Shown here: positions 37,453 to 51,669 of the stretch, piece after piece
Position numbering within the stretch: the stretch's first letter is position 1
Layout of the letters: each line of letters begins with the position of its first letter
Assembly: GCA_024704765.1 (NCBI GenBank)
Contig: JAKMXF010000099.1
Span: 129,556 to 193,555, forward strand
DNA length: 64,000 bases
Direction: 5' to 3'
Source of the DNA: Oopsacas minuta
Taxonomy: Eukaryota > Animalia > Porifera
Translations under genes and position numbers: made by a program
The notes under the pieces: model-generated
Database searches by the model: none
The model's input: only the letters and a program-made list of their open reading frames with translations
Told to the model about the DNA's origin: nothing

Positions 37453-37834
37453 TATTTTGAATCGGAAAGTTTTCATTAAATACTAGCTGCTGAGAAATTT
37501 CTATTTACCACAAACTATTTGGTAATGAATTGATTCGTTGCTACTAAAGGTATAATTTACAGTGTTAACCACTCGCTAATCGGTGATGATGAATGGAATA
37601 TTTCTCAAATAGTGTTCTTAGAATTTTCTTAGATTTACAACAATTCTGAATATACTTCTTAGTATCGTTAAAGAATTTGAAGTTATAGAATTCTTTGTGA
37701 ATTCTAAGAAATTCACCGCAATTCTAAGAAATATTCTTATAATAACACTTAGAATTAACTTAAGAAAAATTCTAAGAAGTTTAGTGAATAAGGCCCCTGG
37801 TCCTCAAACAGCTTCATATACTCATACCAATATG

Positions 37835-37858
37835 CAGCAGAACTCGGATAAGACGTAC
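37835..37858. repeat. Solo copy of the Tigger-MITE TIR
   Basis: CAGCAGAACTCGGATAAGACGTAC is 23/24 identical to the TIR at 27788. Confidence 0.8.
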
Positions 37859-38390
37859 TGTTCTCAAAAACTAATCATAAATCTATATTGTTAAAATTGT
37901 TATTTTTTTGTTTGTTTGTCTGTTGTTAAGTGTAGGATTTTGGAATATTGTATAGAATTGCAATTTCTCAACTCAGATATGTCGGAGAACTATAATTTTA
38001 TCCTGTTTATCCAGAAAGTAAACATAATTCGATAAAACTTGTCTATTCATATTGAGTATGTTGAATCCAAATTCGCACTTTCAAGTTTCTCATATGTAAA
38101 TATTTTGTGGCTTTATGCATTTAAATTGTATCATTTTTATACGTATAGACTTGAAGTTGCTAATGATATCATATTCACTCAAGATATTTATTATATATAA
38201 TCTCTTTATGGTAATAGAGCTAAGTATATGCTACATGAAATTTATTACCCTGTGTATATTCTACATATAATGATTGTCATCAATAGTTAAAACTTAAGGG
38301 TATCGATTTGAATAGTATTTTATATATTTCGGCAAGGTTTTGCTGTTGAAGTTTTAAGCATGATAAATTCTTCATCGTATCTAATATATA

Positions 38391-39748
38391 CACTAAGCGA
38401 ACAAAAGTATTTGCACAGTCTAATAATCAGTTGTTAGAAAGTAGAAACAATAATGTAGATTATATCAATGATAGTTCTAAAGGAATTGAAATCGATACGT
38501 AATTGAGTAAATATCCCTAATCGCTAATTGTTTATAATATGCATGTAATCTTTTCTAATACTAGCTTTAGTATTTTGTAGGGTTGCCCTTGGCTTATCTT
38601 AAATCGTCCATTCTCTTTGGCAAGCTTTCGTAGAGTAGGTTGATTTGTTCGACTGCCAGGTTGCTCCATTGCCTTATTAGATCTTCTTTTAACTGTGCAA
38701 GAGTATTTGGCTAATTTTCCTGCTTCCTGACTAGTCGCAGCAGGATATCCCATAAACTTTCTATGATGTTTAGATTTGGTGATTGGGGTGGCCAATTCAT
38801 CACATCTATCTTTATTTTTGTCCAAACCAACTTTTGACTACTTTTGCAGTATGGCTTGGTGCATTGTCCTGCATAAATGTTAACATACGATTTCCTCTCC
38901 TGAACTTCTTCCAAAGTGTTTTCGAAAATGGCTCTAAATTTGAGAAATATATGAATCACCATTTAAAATATTTTAACCTCTATTAATGGGTCAATTTGTC
39001 CATAGCCGATGCAACCTCAAAATATTACACTTCTTCCTCCACCTCGAATAGTTTTAGTCGTGCATTCAGGTAGCTAACGTTCTTCTTTTGTGCGCCAAAC
39101 CTTTACCCTACCATCGGCATTTTTCATTGGTTTATCCCCCAATTTTTGTGAGATTCATAAAACTTAACCTTTTCTTCTTATTGGCTGCTAACACCAAAGG
39201 CTTCTTACAAGGCCTTCTGGCCCAAAATCCATTTTATGTAGTTCCCTACTGATAATTTTTGATGAAACCTTTATTTTCTTACTATCATTATATCCTTCAG
39301 TGATGTGTCGTAAAGTGTTCCTTCGATTTTGCTTCACAATTTTCTTTAAATATCTCACTCCTCTAGGGCTAACTTTCTTTAGACGCCCGGACCTCAGTAA
39401 GTTATGAGTAGATCCTGTCTTCTTCCACCTTCTGACAATGAAAGAGACTGTAGATGGTGGAAGAGATAATGTCCTTCCTATTCCTCGGATAGTATGCCCA
39501 CCGATATGCAAACCAACACAGACTTTTGAGTGCTTATTGTATTTGCTTTGTTTTTGGCATAGTAATTTCGCAGATAAATACGCACTATAAAAGTAGAATA
39601 AGTATTCAATTGAAGCAAATGGAGATTTAACAATAGATAGGACTATAATAAACAAAGAGCTGTAATGATGTAAATATACAATGTAACCTAGATATTAGGG
39701 ATAAATATTTCAAATGTTTTCCTATGTGCAAGTACTTTTTTCTACTTT
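38391..39748 (-). mobile_element. Tc1-like element, decayed
   Basis: HTH segment STVSFIVRRWKKTGS...RSGRLKKVSPR and NWPPQSPNLNIIESLW. Degenerate TIRs (AAAAGTA(T/C)TTGCACA). Boundaries approximate. Confidence 0.8.
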
Positions 39749-39779
39749 ATATTGTTCGTAGTAATTCTGGTTACTATCT

Positions 39780-40460
39780 AGTTTAACTCACCAGGCCAAT
39801 GACCTCCACATAGTTTCTCAATAAACTCAGCTGTTATATTTACAACGATCAAAGATGGCAAATATAAGATCAGTCTCTGTTTGCGCGAGAAAGTTGGGAT
39901 GTTGTGGATCGGTCTCTTGATAAACTTAACAGCCTGATACTGACACCAAATATCTTCAAAGTATGGGCAATTTCTTTGGTTAATCTCCACATTAGTATCG
40001 TTGGCACCAAGATGAAGCGGAATAGCATTGACTGCTTTGATTCTTGCATAACATTTGAATTGTTTCCATTTGTTCCTTTGCACTGCAAGACCATAGTAAC
40101 TTGCAATTTGTGTGCACATAATATTCGTGAAATTTGGGTCACTATGAATCTAACCAGAAATGCTCATATCCTGTAACTATGAAGCTTAACTCCAATCGGT
40201 CAAATTCATAGAAATTGGGAACACTGTTGGACTACCTCGTGTTGATTACATATTGGAGAAACAACTGGTAACATCGCACGTGACACCACTCCATTAATTT
40301 CGTAAAATTGGTGATACAGCTGAACGGAATACACAAATTGTGGAAATTGGGGCTATTCTTCACAACAGTTTGTAAAGCTTGTATAAATTGGTATCTTATT
40401 GACCCCTTTGAAACATGATTTTTGAAAATCCCAAAGGGTGATAATGAAGTCATAATTTCG
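39780..40460 (-). pseudogene. Possible CR1/L2 ORF1 remnant (PHD-like + SGNH-like)
   Basis: WCHVRC (PHD-like) upstream of PLHLGAND (SGNH block III-like). Only short motifs support this. Confidence 0.3.
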
Positions 40461-41037
40461 TCCTAGGTGTCAATTTCTTCAAGACTCAAACTTGTCCGAG
40501 CCAGGCTAAATGCTCCTGTCTGTCAACAATCAGGCCTGGGGGACTTCCAGTTTCTTTAATAAATTCGGACATACTAGCATATATTTAAATACACATATGC
40601 ACATATACAGATTAATTGTTTTAATAGTATACGTAGATGTAGCCAGTATCCCCTAACCATCATTTTCTTCCCTTTTTATTGTCGATATGTGCTTATGCAC
40701 AACATTAGATGTATTCGTATGTATACAATATGCATACGAATGTTGCCTTCTGTTAACATGAGGTGTTGCAAGCCTCAGAGCTCTAGTAAGTGGAGCGAGC
40801 TTGTATTATTAGATATGGTATGCATAAATGGAGGAAGCAAAATCTAGTACCAGGAATAGCGAAATCAATGGATAGAATTGAAAAACATGACCAAACTTGG
40901 TTGAAACAGATCAAACTGAATATCTATATAAATGAATAGCAACCTAACCAAATATTGATGTTATTCCGTTTGACCAACCGAATACTGATGATATTCGGTT
41001 TAAGCAACCAATAATACTGATAATATTGGGTTTGGAC

Positions 41038-41731
41038 CAGTGCGGGATTTCCCCTGGAGTGGCCAGAAACATGGTCGACATTGGTCAGTGCCACCCCAAA
41101 TTTAAATTTTTACACAATAGAAAGTACCATATTTTATAGTGCAGGGGTCTCTATCAATATTGTGTGGGAATAAATGACTGACCTGAAGTGGTATGATGGG
41201 TAATAACATATTTCAAAAGTAACCAATATAGAAATGAACTAGTCTATGACATATCACATACTACTCACTAAAAATTATAATCTATCTAAACAATCAGGAC
41301 TTTTCGAGCTTTCCTTGAAGCGAAGGTACGCACAATATCATCGAAAACAATTAACTTTTGAAATCACACGAAAGAAGAATGTACAATTTCTAGAACTGAT
41401 TAGAACCATTAAATTAAGCAAATAGAGATTTCGAAATGCAAGAATATTAATTTAATAATCTAGTTAGGAATTGTAGAATAAAACCGTAGAAAATATTGGA
41501 ATCATAGAATGATCTAGAATATTGAGATAATTTAATCTCATACAGTTTTCCAAATTATACTAAAATCAATGTAATGGTGTTCAGGAGTATATTATTGATA
41601 TGGAGTTCAATTTCTTAAGTTCGAATTGCAAATATATTTCTAATTTAGAAATTTTAGTCTCTAAGAACGACACTTTTTATAAATGGCCCGAAGGCTATAG
41701 CCTACTCAGCCTAATGGTAAATCCGACACTG
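41038..41731. mobile_element. Non-autonomous hAT element (694 bp)
   Basis: TIRs CAGTGCGGGATTT and rc CAGTGTCGGATTT. 8-bp TSD GTTTGGAC/GTTTAGAC. Inserted in a degenerate AACCGAATA repeat tract (~40940-41770). Confidence 0.8.
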
Positions 41732-42961
41732 GTTTAGACCAACCGAATACCGAATATTGAACTATTCGGTTGCAACCTTCAAAGAATGCTATCTTATTGT
41801 GATGTAAGGTATTCATGTGTCTGTGGTTTTGCACATGTTGTTTTGGCAATTATGAATATAACGCAATTCAAGTTGTAAGTATAGTGTATTCTGTCAACAA
41901 ACTCGAAACCTTCTTGAATTCTAAGTCTCATACCTCTCACACTTTGACATGAAACTCCTTCAATCGAAGAAACTAAAACTAGTAGAGGAGAAATATTTGA
42001 CGTTACTCCAACGATCCTGAGTATTGATATTTCTAGGCCTCGTTTACACACAAACATTACAACAAGATGAGAGAATTGAATTTGCTAGGTCCCCAATGAC
42101 GATATACACACATTAACAGAAAATTCAAATTGAATCTAGTAAGCTTTTCCAATATTGGGTATATACTTAAGTACAATTTCCCATCCCATTGGGATGGGAA
42201 GACTCGGAGGTTCTTGGCTGCTGTAAATTCCTACTACCAACCTGTCATAATTAATTCTAAATTATGAATAAACTTGAACCTCATTAATGCGAATTCTCGG
42301 AACAATAAGCAAAATTTGCACAAAATCTGGTCCCTCCGATTGTAATTCAATTGATATTTCTCTAGTTAATTCTAACTCCGGATAAAGCTAATAAATTTTG
42401 GAATTAAGTGAATTGGAATCGAAATTGGAATTCAAAATTTCAATTTCCATTCCAATTCCCAACATCAAATTTGTCGTACTATGTAGGTCTTAAGGGCCAG
42501 GCAACCCTTAACAATGTCCATTAATTAATTTCCTGAATGTTTACTGTATTATGTTTAATTTGTTAATTTGGGAGATCCCAACTACAAACACAGTATTTCT
42601 GATAAAGAAAGGATACCATTGCTTATGTAGGAAGTGGCATTGCAACATTTGTACTGGAAAGTGGAAGCAATAGTCAGTTTTGCAGTTCATTCTTTCCGAA
42701 TAGATTGATCACTTACCGATGCCTCAAAGAAACTTGATTATTCATCCATTATTTGAATAGCAACAAATTTATGACTATGTCAAGGAATGCACTCCATTAA
42801 TACAATTCATAATCAATGTGTGATATGTACTTTTTAGAGAAAAGAATAATAAATTTAACAAGATGGGCAGGGCGAACTCTCAATTTTCATATTCCGCATC
42901 TGAATTTTCATATCCTACAGCACTGTTGGAATGCTTCCCAATGCATATTAAATATCAACTA

Positions 42962-43780
42962 CAGTGGAGTCTCCGAATAACGGACACGTTGGTGACATGA
43001 CTTCTGTCCGTTGTAGAGAATTGTCCACTTCTCGGAGACTGGTCTATCTTTTTGTCAAAACACTTAATATATATCATTTTGAATGCAGTTTTACGTGTAT
43101 TAAAGTTGAATAGTTATGGGAGAAGTCACAAGTTTTATTATACTGTAATAAGAATGAATATAATATAGAGTGACGACTGATGAGCAACGCAAGCATATTG
43201 GCATTGCTTTATACTATATATTATAATGGGTCGCACATAATTCAGGAAGATAACTTTGTCTACTTGTTGACACTTGCAGACTAGCTACAGTATCTATTGT
43301 GGTGACTATGCCCATAGCTACTTCAACACATCCTCGAATTTCACAATTTCGAGAAAGGAAGTAAATAAAGGATTTGCTGAGGTTATGGGAAAGAAAGAAA
43401 TCAGGGGAGCAGGTTACGGATTAGAAATCCTATGTGTGTACCGCCTTTATTGACCCAGAGTTTACATTGACAAGATGAACGAATTGTTGAAAGTAATGAA
43501 GTTCCAGAGATTTACTATCCATGAAAGCACAATGGGACCACCAAAGAAATTACATACCTATTTCATGGAAATCATGATGATCACAGATACAGGTTAATTC
43601 CATTATCAGCTAGGGTATTCATATCTGATCTTAATTCATGAAAGTATCTAACAATTACAAGTCAAATGGATTGACTGATACCGCCTTTCTTCTCCTGATC
43701 AACACTTTCGAACTAATTAAAGATTACATTATATAACGCTAAATGTGTCATTCAAGAGCCAAAATAATTAATCTTAATTA
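42962..43780 (+). mobile_element. Probable pogo/Tigger-type remnant
   Basis: TA|CAGTGGAGTCTCCGAATAACGGACAC terminus typical of Tigger-like ends. Interior is too decayed to confirm. Right boundary approximate. Confidence 0.35.
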
Positions 43781-43789
43781 CCCAATGCA

Positions 43790-45110
43790 AAGGCTATCAT
43801 TGAACTCCTGTCTCTATCGCTTACAACGTGCAATTAATCGGAAAGCCTGCTATTACAACTTCAGGGTCTGATACATCAGTTTGACCTGCGAAGCAACACT
43901 GACAAGCAGCGCCACCGCATCCAGTAAATATGGCACACATCTTACCATCAAATATTGAGGCCTTAATTTTAATATTCACATGGCCACTTTCATTCTCGAA
44001 GCCAATTGAAACGAGTTCGTCACTTTGTGGATTCAAGAACTTCATTAGAGAAGTGACACTCCCATGTTCTCTTTTGGAGATAACAATGCAATTGGCTGGT
44101 TGGAGAATCCAGAATTTGGGTATTGATTAGGCAGATAATATTACCTCGACAATCTTTCAATTCAAGACGAGAAACCATAAACAAGAGGAAATGTGAACGA
44201 TCAACAGCTCTTTGAGATCTAAGATTAGGCACACTGTGACTTCCCGACCAATCTAAACCATGTTTACCCATAAAGTTGAGCTGGCACATCAGGGGTTCAT
44301 CCATAGATAGTATAGAGTGTGTGATGACAGGTTTCAAGAGGTTTACTGTGTGGTCAATTAGTTTACTGTTACTCCCATTGGATTTGATACTAATGGACAA
44401 AATTGGAATGGAAGTATTAGAGTTGCACAAAAATCACGCATTTAGACTAACTGGCTAACTTTGAACCTTCTGAAATTAGAAAATACCTTAGATCCGTCCA
44501 TTTCGAATTCCCCAGATTGAGGTTATATGCAAGGAATGTTGACTTTTCGGGAGAAACCAATTTGTTGGAGTGCAGGTTATCAAGATTATCGCCTTCAGAA
44601 ATTCTTTTTGTAATAAAAGCAATGTTGTGGCATCCTAGTGTAGCAACCTCAAAAAATATACTATCAGACCAACATACCTTATACTGCTGATGTCTTCTGA
44701 ACAAACTAATAGAGATAACGCATCCATAATACCTGTACTCTCGAGGAGTACAGGTTTAAGAATCTCATTTTTTCAAATCTTCTAGGATTTCCTTTCAGGG
44801 ATATTCTGATTAACCACCGACAGAGCTGCTGGGGGCGGAGTTTCAGTACTGGTTATATAGTCCTGAAGTTTAAGAACTATTTGTTCAATATTATTTTCGG
44901 ACTGATCATGGTGCATTCGTCCTCTAAACACAGTACACCTCAAATGGAGGATCTTCACACATTTTGGAGAACGTTGGTAATTGTGAGTCGATTCCAAGTT
45001 TTTCTCCAATTATTCTACTTCCCAAATTGACATCTACTTTAGCATTTCGATGGCCCTGGTTAGTCTCCAGAAATATATCATTTACTTCATGGAGTGTAAG
45101 TGACATGTTA
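43790..45110 (-). pseudogene. Third, more divergent RAG1-like/Transib transposase remnant (N-terminal half only)
   Basis: VSPEKSTFLAYNLNLGNSKWTDLRYFL, KHGLDWSGSH (D600 region mutated), SHFLLF and IFDGKMCAIFTGCGGAACQCC align with copies A and B. No TIRs found. Confidence 0.8.
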
Positions 45111-45722
45111 CAGCTTTGTATGACAATAATGTGTCAAATAACTTGATATACACTATTTTAGTTATAAATATACATTTATTTTTTAGTTGACATCATATCA
45201 CATACCTATACAGTATATCCGAATCATAATATTATGCTTCATACAAGATTGGGTTACAATTCCATAATACCTATTGCGTTGTTAGTTACTAGTGTTCTTA
45301 TTGAAACAAGATGCTATTAAGAATTTACTTGTATAGGAGTGAATTATATGAAACGAAATAAATTTGAAGATTTTTTGAAATTATACATGACTTCATAATT
45401 TCAAATGCTCAGTCATTTTACTATACGAACAGACCCCAGTATTTGAAAATTTCGGACCTAAATCTTGGTATCCAATAGTAATCGCTGGTGTTGTAAATGT
45501 AGGTTACCTTATTCATTTGTTTTCAGATCAACTTTTAAATAACATTTAAAAACACTGTCAGGGTATTTTCCTCAAATGGGGCTATTCTCTAATAAAATAT
45601 CAATACCTTGTACTTCAATAATCTGTTATTTGTAATCATTATTATTCTTATTGCCATCAGGAAATATCCGAGCATTGTCGCCCAGCGATCTAGCAAGCCA
45701 AGCGCGCTTGTCATTATCACTT

Positions 45723-46103
45723 ATGTCTATTTTAGCTATTTTGATAATGTGTATGATATTCCAAGGCCTCTTTTGTTCGTTATTTTTTTGTTTTGCAGTT
45801 GTTGAATGCAATGTTCTATCTGTTTCCTTTGAAGTTGTGTATGCTGTCAATTGTGGCGGAAGCGGATTTATTGGATCTAATGATATTAATTACCTTACGG
45901 ACCCTATAGTAGACCAAGGAATTGCTTCTGATTTCGGCCTTGGAACCCATATAAATAGAGCCCCAGAAATTGACCAGAACCTATATCAAACAGAACGATA
46001 TTCAACCAGTAATTTGGTTTACAACATTCCTCTATCAGAAGATGCTAGATATGTTCTGGTCATGAAATTTACTGAAGTTTACTTTAATGAGCCAAATTCT
46101 AAG
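45723..46103 (+). CDS. MLEC: Malectin exon 1 (signal peptide + N-terminal malectin domain)
   Basis: VVYAVNCGGSG, IASDFG, LYQTERYS and YVLVMKFTEVYF...K, followed by the donor AAG|GTATAT in phase 0. The start Met could also be at 45651 or just downstream of 45723. Confidence 0.92.
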
Positions 46104-47542
46104 GTATATTCATTGTACTTTATCTAATTGCACACTATGGGTTAAAATCGGAAATCTTGTAGAATTAGATATGTAGGTAGCATCATTATTTTCGATGTTA
46201 AATTGGTGTATCGATGCAAATAACTCAATTGGAAACGCTAGAATATACGTACAATTATGCCTTCTTGCAGTTAATCGTGATTTCATCAAATTGTAGAAAT
46301 TTATTCTTAATAGTTAATGGTTTATTAATATACATAAGAATGGAGAAATCTAGGTGTAAATTACAGAAATGTCTATAAGAACGATAGAAATAATCAAACA
46401 TGACGGAGAAGCGGCGGTACGCAGGTATACCTACGAGAGGACAAGGGGTAACTGGTTGTGAGTACGTAAATGTGCTGTTTCAATAATTCGATTGTAATAA
46501 AAGGTTGATTCACAAAAGAATATGAAATTATGGGTTACTAAGATAGATGCCTTATTTTTTGCTACACGTAGTTCAACTACTAAGGAACGTACAAATCAAT
46601 CTTCAAAAATGCAACTTAGTGGTTTCATATAATCAGTTCAATGTAGCCATCAATATTGGTTATTTAGATATATGCTATGACTTTGAACTTTTCTTCATTG
46701 TAAATTCAAAGTCTCGAGTGTCAATAGAAATTATCAGGGTAAGTCGTGATTACCATACATTTCGAAAAATTGGTTATACCTATGATGGAAATATTGGTCT
46801 CCTACATGTTTCAACCTCCATTCAAGGTCCTGAAATATATAGTAATCAGTGTTGACAAGCTAGTATAGATAAATACATGGTGAGCTAAACATATTGCAAT
46901 AATTTTATATAATTTTAGACGCGCGGAAAGGGGCCCAAAATACCGCTATTTTGTCTGCCGATGACCCCAAAATTAATTAAATCGAATCATTTGTATATAT
47001 TGGAATTTGGATAGAATCGACTAAATATGAATGATTTAATTCAGTAAATTGTGTTAGAAGGAGTATGCAATTTTCTATTCATTTCAATAATCTTTACTAA
47101 GCTGGCAATTCAATATCTTGCCAGTGTGATTAATCTAGAAAGTATCTGAAAATGTTCACATATACTAGGAAAACGAAGTTTATCAGCATTCCATGACAAT
47201 ATTACTGATTTTCTTTGACATATGTTATCTCACCAATACATGTTCTTATCAAACATCGTTCTGAGGTCTCAAATACAATCTTGTGCGGAATATCCAAATC
47301 TTCAGCCATAATAAATTCGGTAATAAAATTCATGGTCCCATATATCAGGATTGTCAATAAATCTTGTTTAGTATCCTCAAATCAAATCAAATCATTTTCA
47401 AATCATTTTCAAATCATTCCAAATCATTTGAAACGATTGAAATGATTTGAGATAGTCTCAAATCAAATCAAACCAAATATTTTCAATATTTTCAATATTT
47501 GATTTTATGTACAACCCTGCCCATATTATTTTATTACAATTA

Positions 47543-48889
47543 CAGGGTGTATCATAAATGTTGTCGGGTAGTAACAATATTCATATAGTAACGGATTGTA
47601 TTACAACCTTAATTAGAATTCAATTTATTATGCAGTATCGTAAAGTATCATGTTAATGCTATCTAAAACAATACTTAGCTACTTTGGGTTGATCGTAATT
47701 CTTGGAAAAATTTTTTCACATTGACGCTCCTTGATATATTCGGAAAATAAATGTCAAAGATCATGGTTTGGAAATCCGTAATCAAGCTATTGGCATGCTA
47801 AATGCTAGCATGACCCAGAAAGACGTAGCTATAAAGCTCCAATTTAGTTTGAGATCAATCGAACGGTGGTGGCGCAAGCAGAAGCTCGGAAAATCTCAAA
47901 AAACTTTAGCCCATCCTGGGAGGAATTCGAGTGTACAAAAGGCCGCCAAAATTATAATTTCGAAATCTCTCGGAAAAAAATGCAAATCTACTAGGAAATT
48001 GGCTGACATAGTGACCTCAAGGGGCTATCCTATATCGCATTCGACCGTTCATCGTTTTCTTCGGGATAATATTGGCGCGAAATCTTACAAAAGGCCTAAA
48101 AGGCCGCGATTGACGGAGAAAATGAAGGAAAAACGACTCAAATTTGCAGAATCTCGCAAAGAATGGGCTGTCGAAGATTGGTAACAGGTATTGTGGTCTG
48201 ATGAAGCACCTTTTCAATTGTTCAATACTCCAAACCGACAAAACGACCGAGTTTGGGCTAAAAATTCAGATAATGTTGAACCTTGCGTTCAAGTTAAATT
48301 TCCAGGGAAAATTCATGTCTGGGGCATGATGTCCCATCGAGCTATCTCTGAACTCCATATAGTGCCTCCAAAACAGACAGTAAATGGTTGCTACTATCGG
48401 AACTATATTTTGAATAAAACCTGTAAGGATGCCATAGAACGCGACTCAGAAAATGGGACAATATTGCAGCGATCAATGCTCTCAGATATGTCCAGTTTTA
48501 TTTTTATGCAGGATGGTGCTCCAGCAAACACTGCAAATTTGACTCAGTCCTTGTGTGAAAAGAATTTCCCAAAGTTTTGGATGAAAGAAGAGTGGCCAAG
48601 AAACTCGTCCCACCTCAATCCTATTGAGAATCTATGGTCTATTCTGAAAGATAGCGTCAGCCAAATGGAGAATGTGGCGAAGCTGAACCATTTAATTTCT
48701 CAAGTAAAAAAGGCTTGGAAGGGCATTGATCCAAAAATTTAGAAAATTTAGTAGCAAGTATGCCTAATAGGATTAGATCAGTTATAGAATGCGATGGAGA
48801 TTACTTAAATAAATAATTAGCTTAAACGATCCACTTTTTTGTGTTTTGAGATATTTCCTAGAACCCGACAATAATTATGATACACCCTG
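47543..48889 (+). mobile_element. Tc1-like DD37E (TRT-like) element, 1347 bp, in malectin intron 1
   Basis: TIR CAGGGTGTATCATAAwTrTTGTCGGGT with TA TSDs. Motifs WSDEA and MQDGAPA-(37 aa)-LNPIENLW. In-frame stops at 48182 and 48740. Confidence 0.93.
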
Positions 48890-49344
48890 TACATTATCTT
48901 GTCTTGCCTAACAAGTGTTCTTCCCCGGCGGAGTAATTATCGAGGAGAACCTTACACTCCTGTATTTAAGCTACCAAGTGGTCCACTTGTGCTTGTTTAT
49001 CAATGCCTGCGTGCGCACTGTAGAGAAGAGATCGAACATGTAATTTGTAATAATGTTTTCTGCGATCTTTTACAGTACTATGTAGGTAAGAAATCTTTCA
49101 AATCAGTGTCCTAAACAAAACACATAGATCTCCCTGATTTGATGGATCAACACAGTTGCAATTAGCACTGCGATTTTATATGATCTTAGATTTAGTTTTC
49201 TCCAATGTGATGTTGATTGGGTAGATTGTTGGCGGCCATGCCTGACAAAAATTGTAAATAAGGTCGTCAAACTTCTACCAATTTCGTCACTCTTACTTTG
49301 CGCTTCCATCCATTGTTAACCATCTCACTGAAAATTGTAGAGTT

Positions 49345-49610
49345 TCGTATCTACTGTCTTCATTTCTGCCTTGAGCATCACTTTGGCATATATCGAATGT
49401 TGTCAGGAGCACAATACCATTTTAGCTACTGCCAGATACTTGCAACAGAACGAAGGATGAAATTGTCCTGAATCCTTCAAAATTATTTTCAGAAAGCCTG
49501 CAGAGGATAACATTTCACTAAAAAATTTCCTAGAATCATGCTCATCAACTTGTGACCAAGACTCTCTGGATTTTTTTCAACTTTGAAACTTATCATTTTG
49601 TTTTCAAGAT
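49345..49610 (+). pseudogene. Isolated P-element/THAP9-like transposase fragment
   Basis: LEHHFGIYRMLSGAQYHFSYCQILATERR. Paralogous to 55530-55790. Confidence 0.75.
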
Positions 49611-51669
49611 TTTTCCGGAATTTACTGTAGTACTCAATTGCTACACAATATGGTAAAAGAAATTTAAAAGTGCTATTTAGCCAAGTTGCATATCGTCACA
49701 GCAGTGGCTGATCCAGGGCAATTTTCAGTGGGGGCGACTTATAAATTACCGCAAGCTTTGCAGAGACAATGTTTGGGTGTTTAGGATCTAGTATATTATG
49801 TCAACTATAGATAGAGTCCAAATTATCGCACAAACTAGAAGATGAAAGTGTACAACTTATATGTTAGCAGCATACAATCTCGTCTAGCTGGCAAATAACC
49901 AAATATCATTATTTTTGGTCAGTACGAAAAGAGTGATGGAAAATATATCTAAATCCTACATTCTATAAAATCAAAAGCATAAATCATAGTATGAGAACAT
50001 GGATAAGTAAGCTCATACTTATCTAAGTTTGAAGAAGAGTAAAAATATTTACTGATAAAACATTTATTATTAACTCAAAGTACTTGAAAAAATAGGATGG
50101 AATCAATAATTACTGTCACTCTCACATAGCAGACCCATTTAGTTATATACCAGCGCACTTTGCTTGCTTGGTGGCTTTAGAACTCAGGTTGGGCAAGTAT
50201 TAACAAGCAAATTTCTTAGTGCTTATAGTCGCTACGCGACGAGATAAAGTCCATTCTTCGTCGTCGGGTTTACAATCTAGTAGAATTTTTAAGAATTTAT
50301 TATCCATGGCCCACCCAAATTACATTCAATGGCCTTGGTGACAATGGAGATGATATGTCGCTTCTAGTTAGTAATACTGGCACTTCGTGCGTTAGGTATT
50401 AAAAAATTCTGAGTTAATTCGAAATTTGGAAAATTTCTTTTGTACAGTGATGAGGGCGTAGTAATCCCATAATGAGTTAGCTTTCGGGCAGATTCATGAT
50501 ATCAGGACATTTATCACATTGAAGGGTACCTGAAATTCAATTTTCAAACTTCTATCATGTATATTGGCTGAGCAGCAGTATATAATGTAATTTTTTTATA
50601 GTTGTGAATTTTCGTCCAAGACTCGAACATCTCAGAGCCAGGGCCAAAATACCATTGTACGCCAAATATCTCCCACGGGGTCCTCCAGGTTCTTCAATCA
50701 ATTCTGGACATACAAATATATATATACACATATATAGATAAATAGCGTGTTAACAGTATGGATTTATTTAGTTATCAATCCTTTTTACTGTCCCAAATAT
50801 AGCAATATTATGACACAGGAATGAAATAATCGCTAATATTATAAATTATAACAGTATTAATTGGTAATTATGATTTGTAATTAAGTAATTGCATTGAGCA
50901 GTAAGAATTTCTATGCGTATTTACTTGTATTTATAGAATCCCTGTTGTATAATATGAACGAAGATCTTAAAAAATACGCAAACTTTGGAAATGCACATAT
51001 AAATATTATATTATCATTTTCATTTAATGCATGGCTATTATTTACACTGAGTATACAAATGAATATACCTATTCAATAAATATTTCGGTGAAGTTAATTT
51101 ATTTTTGTGATTATTTTCAAGTTTAGGGTTATCATCTCAATTTATGTACAAAAACGAAACAAAAATTGCTTTTAACTTATTATCTAATTATTTATGAAAT
51201 ATCAGAAGATAGTAATATGTAAATATTCAGTAACTTAGATAGGTTGCTTAAAGTTCTTACTAACTTTGAAATTCAGCATAAATACGGCTGCAAGTTTTTA
51301 CGATACTACAGGTACTTTATATCAAAGATAGTTTAATAGTGACATGCATAAATACATAATACCATCTTGAATATGTTATGGAGTTATCTAATAATTATTC
51401 CACATGAAGTCATGAAAGATTAACAATTTCTCTCACAGATATTATTAAATTGCTAGATCTGGGTTAAAACTTGTGACTATCATAAGAGAAAGGTAAAGAA
51501 TCTAAAGGATCTCCCTCAACTACTTATTCGTTTTAGGCTCAGGAAGACGACATAAAACCCATTTGAACCTTCAAAATACCACTAATATATATAAGACTAA
51601 GTTGAGTAAAATCTGTAGACTTCAATATTTACCGTATTCTTCACACGCAAGGATTGACTTCGATAAATC

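Larger units (their letters stand above)
32271..37796. mobile_element. PIF/Harbinger transposon with a nested Chapaev3 element
   Basis: TIRs GGGCCTCATTCACTAAA and rc GGGCCTTATTCACTAAA. CWG-type flanks (CAG/CTG) in a CCWGG context. Convergent Myb/SANT and HARBI1-like genes. Subterminal TTCTWAGAA arrays. Confidence 0.9.
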
